The notes beneath the pieces were generated by a model. It searched no databases, was not told the origin of the DNA, and saw only the letters and a program-made list of their open reading frames with translations. From the NCBI GenBank assembly GCA_051362555.1, contig CM120641.1, positions 37,826,401 to 37,890,400 on the forward strand: a stretch of DNA of 64,000 bases, given 5' to 3'. Shown piece by piece: positions 63,601 through 64,000 of this stretch. How positions within the stretch are numbered: position 1 is the first letter of the stretch; each line of letters begins with the position of its first letter. The position numbers and the translations under genes were made by a program. The stretch is from Lingula anatina. Lineage: Eukaryota; Animalia; Brachiopoda.

Positions 63601-63892
63601 AATAGTTTCAGGCTGTCGTTTTAATGCATCTTGACTTTATCATTATCATATTGCAGCTGTGCATTTATAAATTTAATTCAGTCAGAATAAACAGAATACA
63701 GTGGAATTTTGTACTTGTGCTTGTGACAAATTTGGAATCAGTCTTCTTAATTAAAGGCTATTTCACATGTCTGGTCTTCTCCCTCATGTCTTCTTTATTG
63801 TCCAGGTTTTGAGAACTGATATAGTGATGGATGTGGGCACTAGTTTGAACCCAGCAATAGACATTGGACAAATTGAAGGGGCATTTGCACAG
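49196..63892 (+). CDS. XDH: Xanthine dehydrogenase/oxidase, first 30 exons; gene continues beyond the window
   Basis: Exons 49196-49243, 49949-50006, 50461-50557, 50797-50905, 52209-52335, 52574-52773, 53051-53192, 53501-53668, 53932-54008, 54363-54456, 55081-55193, 56040-56224, 56595-56760, 57068-57272, 57730-57911, 58301-58420, 58724-58945, 59328-59391, 59546-59615, 59876-59963, 60198-60284, 60723-60914, 61127-61272, 61595-61676, 61966-62064, 62373-62501, 62616-62690, 63162-63214, 63460-63580, 63806-63892, with consistent phases. 2Fe-2S motifs [31 protein letters not shown]; FAD/NAD motif FFLGYRRT; Moco motifs [29 protein letters not shown]. The Glu of GGKE and the Arg of AFRG favour XDH over aldehyde oxidase. 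Confidence 0.97.
49558..49658. mobile_element. 101-bp MITE in XDH intron 1
   Basis: 29-bp perfect inverted repeat AGCACGAAAATTCATGCGTTAGCACTCCT (49559-49587 / 49629-49657), flanked by the direct repeat GTGGGACTC (49549-49557, 49659-49667). Confidence 0.88.
50007..50460 (+). other. U12-type (minor spliceosome) GT-AG intron, XDH intron 2
   Basis: 5' splice site GTATCCTTT; branch site TCCTTGAC at 50440-50447, 13 nt before the intron end; no polypyrimidine tract. Confidence 0.92.
50558..50796 (+). other. U12-type (minor spliceosome) GT-AG intron, XDH intron 3
   Basis: 5' splice site GTATCCTTT; branch-like TTCCTTCAAC at 50775-50784, 12 nt before the intron end; contains a (TG)n tract. Confidence 0.88.
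50648..50716. repeat. (TG)n followed by (AG)n microsatellite
   Basis: Read directly from the sequence. Confidence 0.95.
51558..51618. repeat. (TA)n microsatellite
   Basis: Read directly from the sequence. Confidence 0.95.
54084..54250. mobile_element. Short hAT-like MITE in XDH intron 9
   Basis: Termini CAGGGGCTGA ... TCCGCCCCCG, internal CGGAAGAC / GTCTTC repeats, CTTAG on both flanks, CpG-rich compared with the host intron. Confidence 0.6.
57424..57547. repeat. 124-bp spacerless imperfect palindrome (hairpin) in XDH intron 14
   Basis: 62-nt arms centred on GTAATAG|CTATTAC, with 55 Watson-Crick pairs, 4 G-U pairs and 3 mismatches on the + strand. Confidence 0.92.
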
Positions 63893-64000
63893 GTAATGTG
63901 AACAGGACATTATTAACTGTCAAAATATCTTAATATGCATTATCAAATTAAAGGTATTGAACTATGATTCTGATATAATACATTGGTTTATATCTCCTGT

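Noticed and set aside
49196-63892. Aldehyde oxidase instead of XDH
   Set aside because: XDH-diagnostic residues are retained: Glu in GGKE, Arg in AFRGFG, Tyr in GYRRT and the SFT motif.

Overview
This is AT-rich animal genomic DNA, most likely a marine invertebrate given mosaic CpG depletion, Academ/Kolobok/Harbinger/RTE/L2 elements and minor-spliceosome introns; the species cannot be determined here. All genes are on the + strand. (1) A complete 28-coding-exon MEI1 (meiotic double-strand-break factor) gene spans 61-28238, about 1241 aa, with introns full of DNA transposons and MITEs. (2) A CpG-richer middle region (about 29-49 kb) holds a ~1.3 kb tandem duplication (one copy interrupted by an L2 fragment), a 5'-truncated but ORF-intact RTE LINE, and two tandem paralogous 3-coding-exon genes. 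These two genes encode small secreted proteins made only of a signal peptide and one GDPH-containing VWD domain. (3) The first 30 exons of xanthine dehydrogenase run from 49196 to the window end, and introns 2 and 3 are consecutive U12-type introns. The best candidate for an undescribed system is the stand-alone GDPH-VWD gene pair. Other notable items are a 22-nt templated insertion copied from a neighbouring MITE into a THAP domain, and a 124-nt G-U-tolerant intronic hairpin in XDH. All gene models were built by hand from splice signals and remembered homology, with no database searches.
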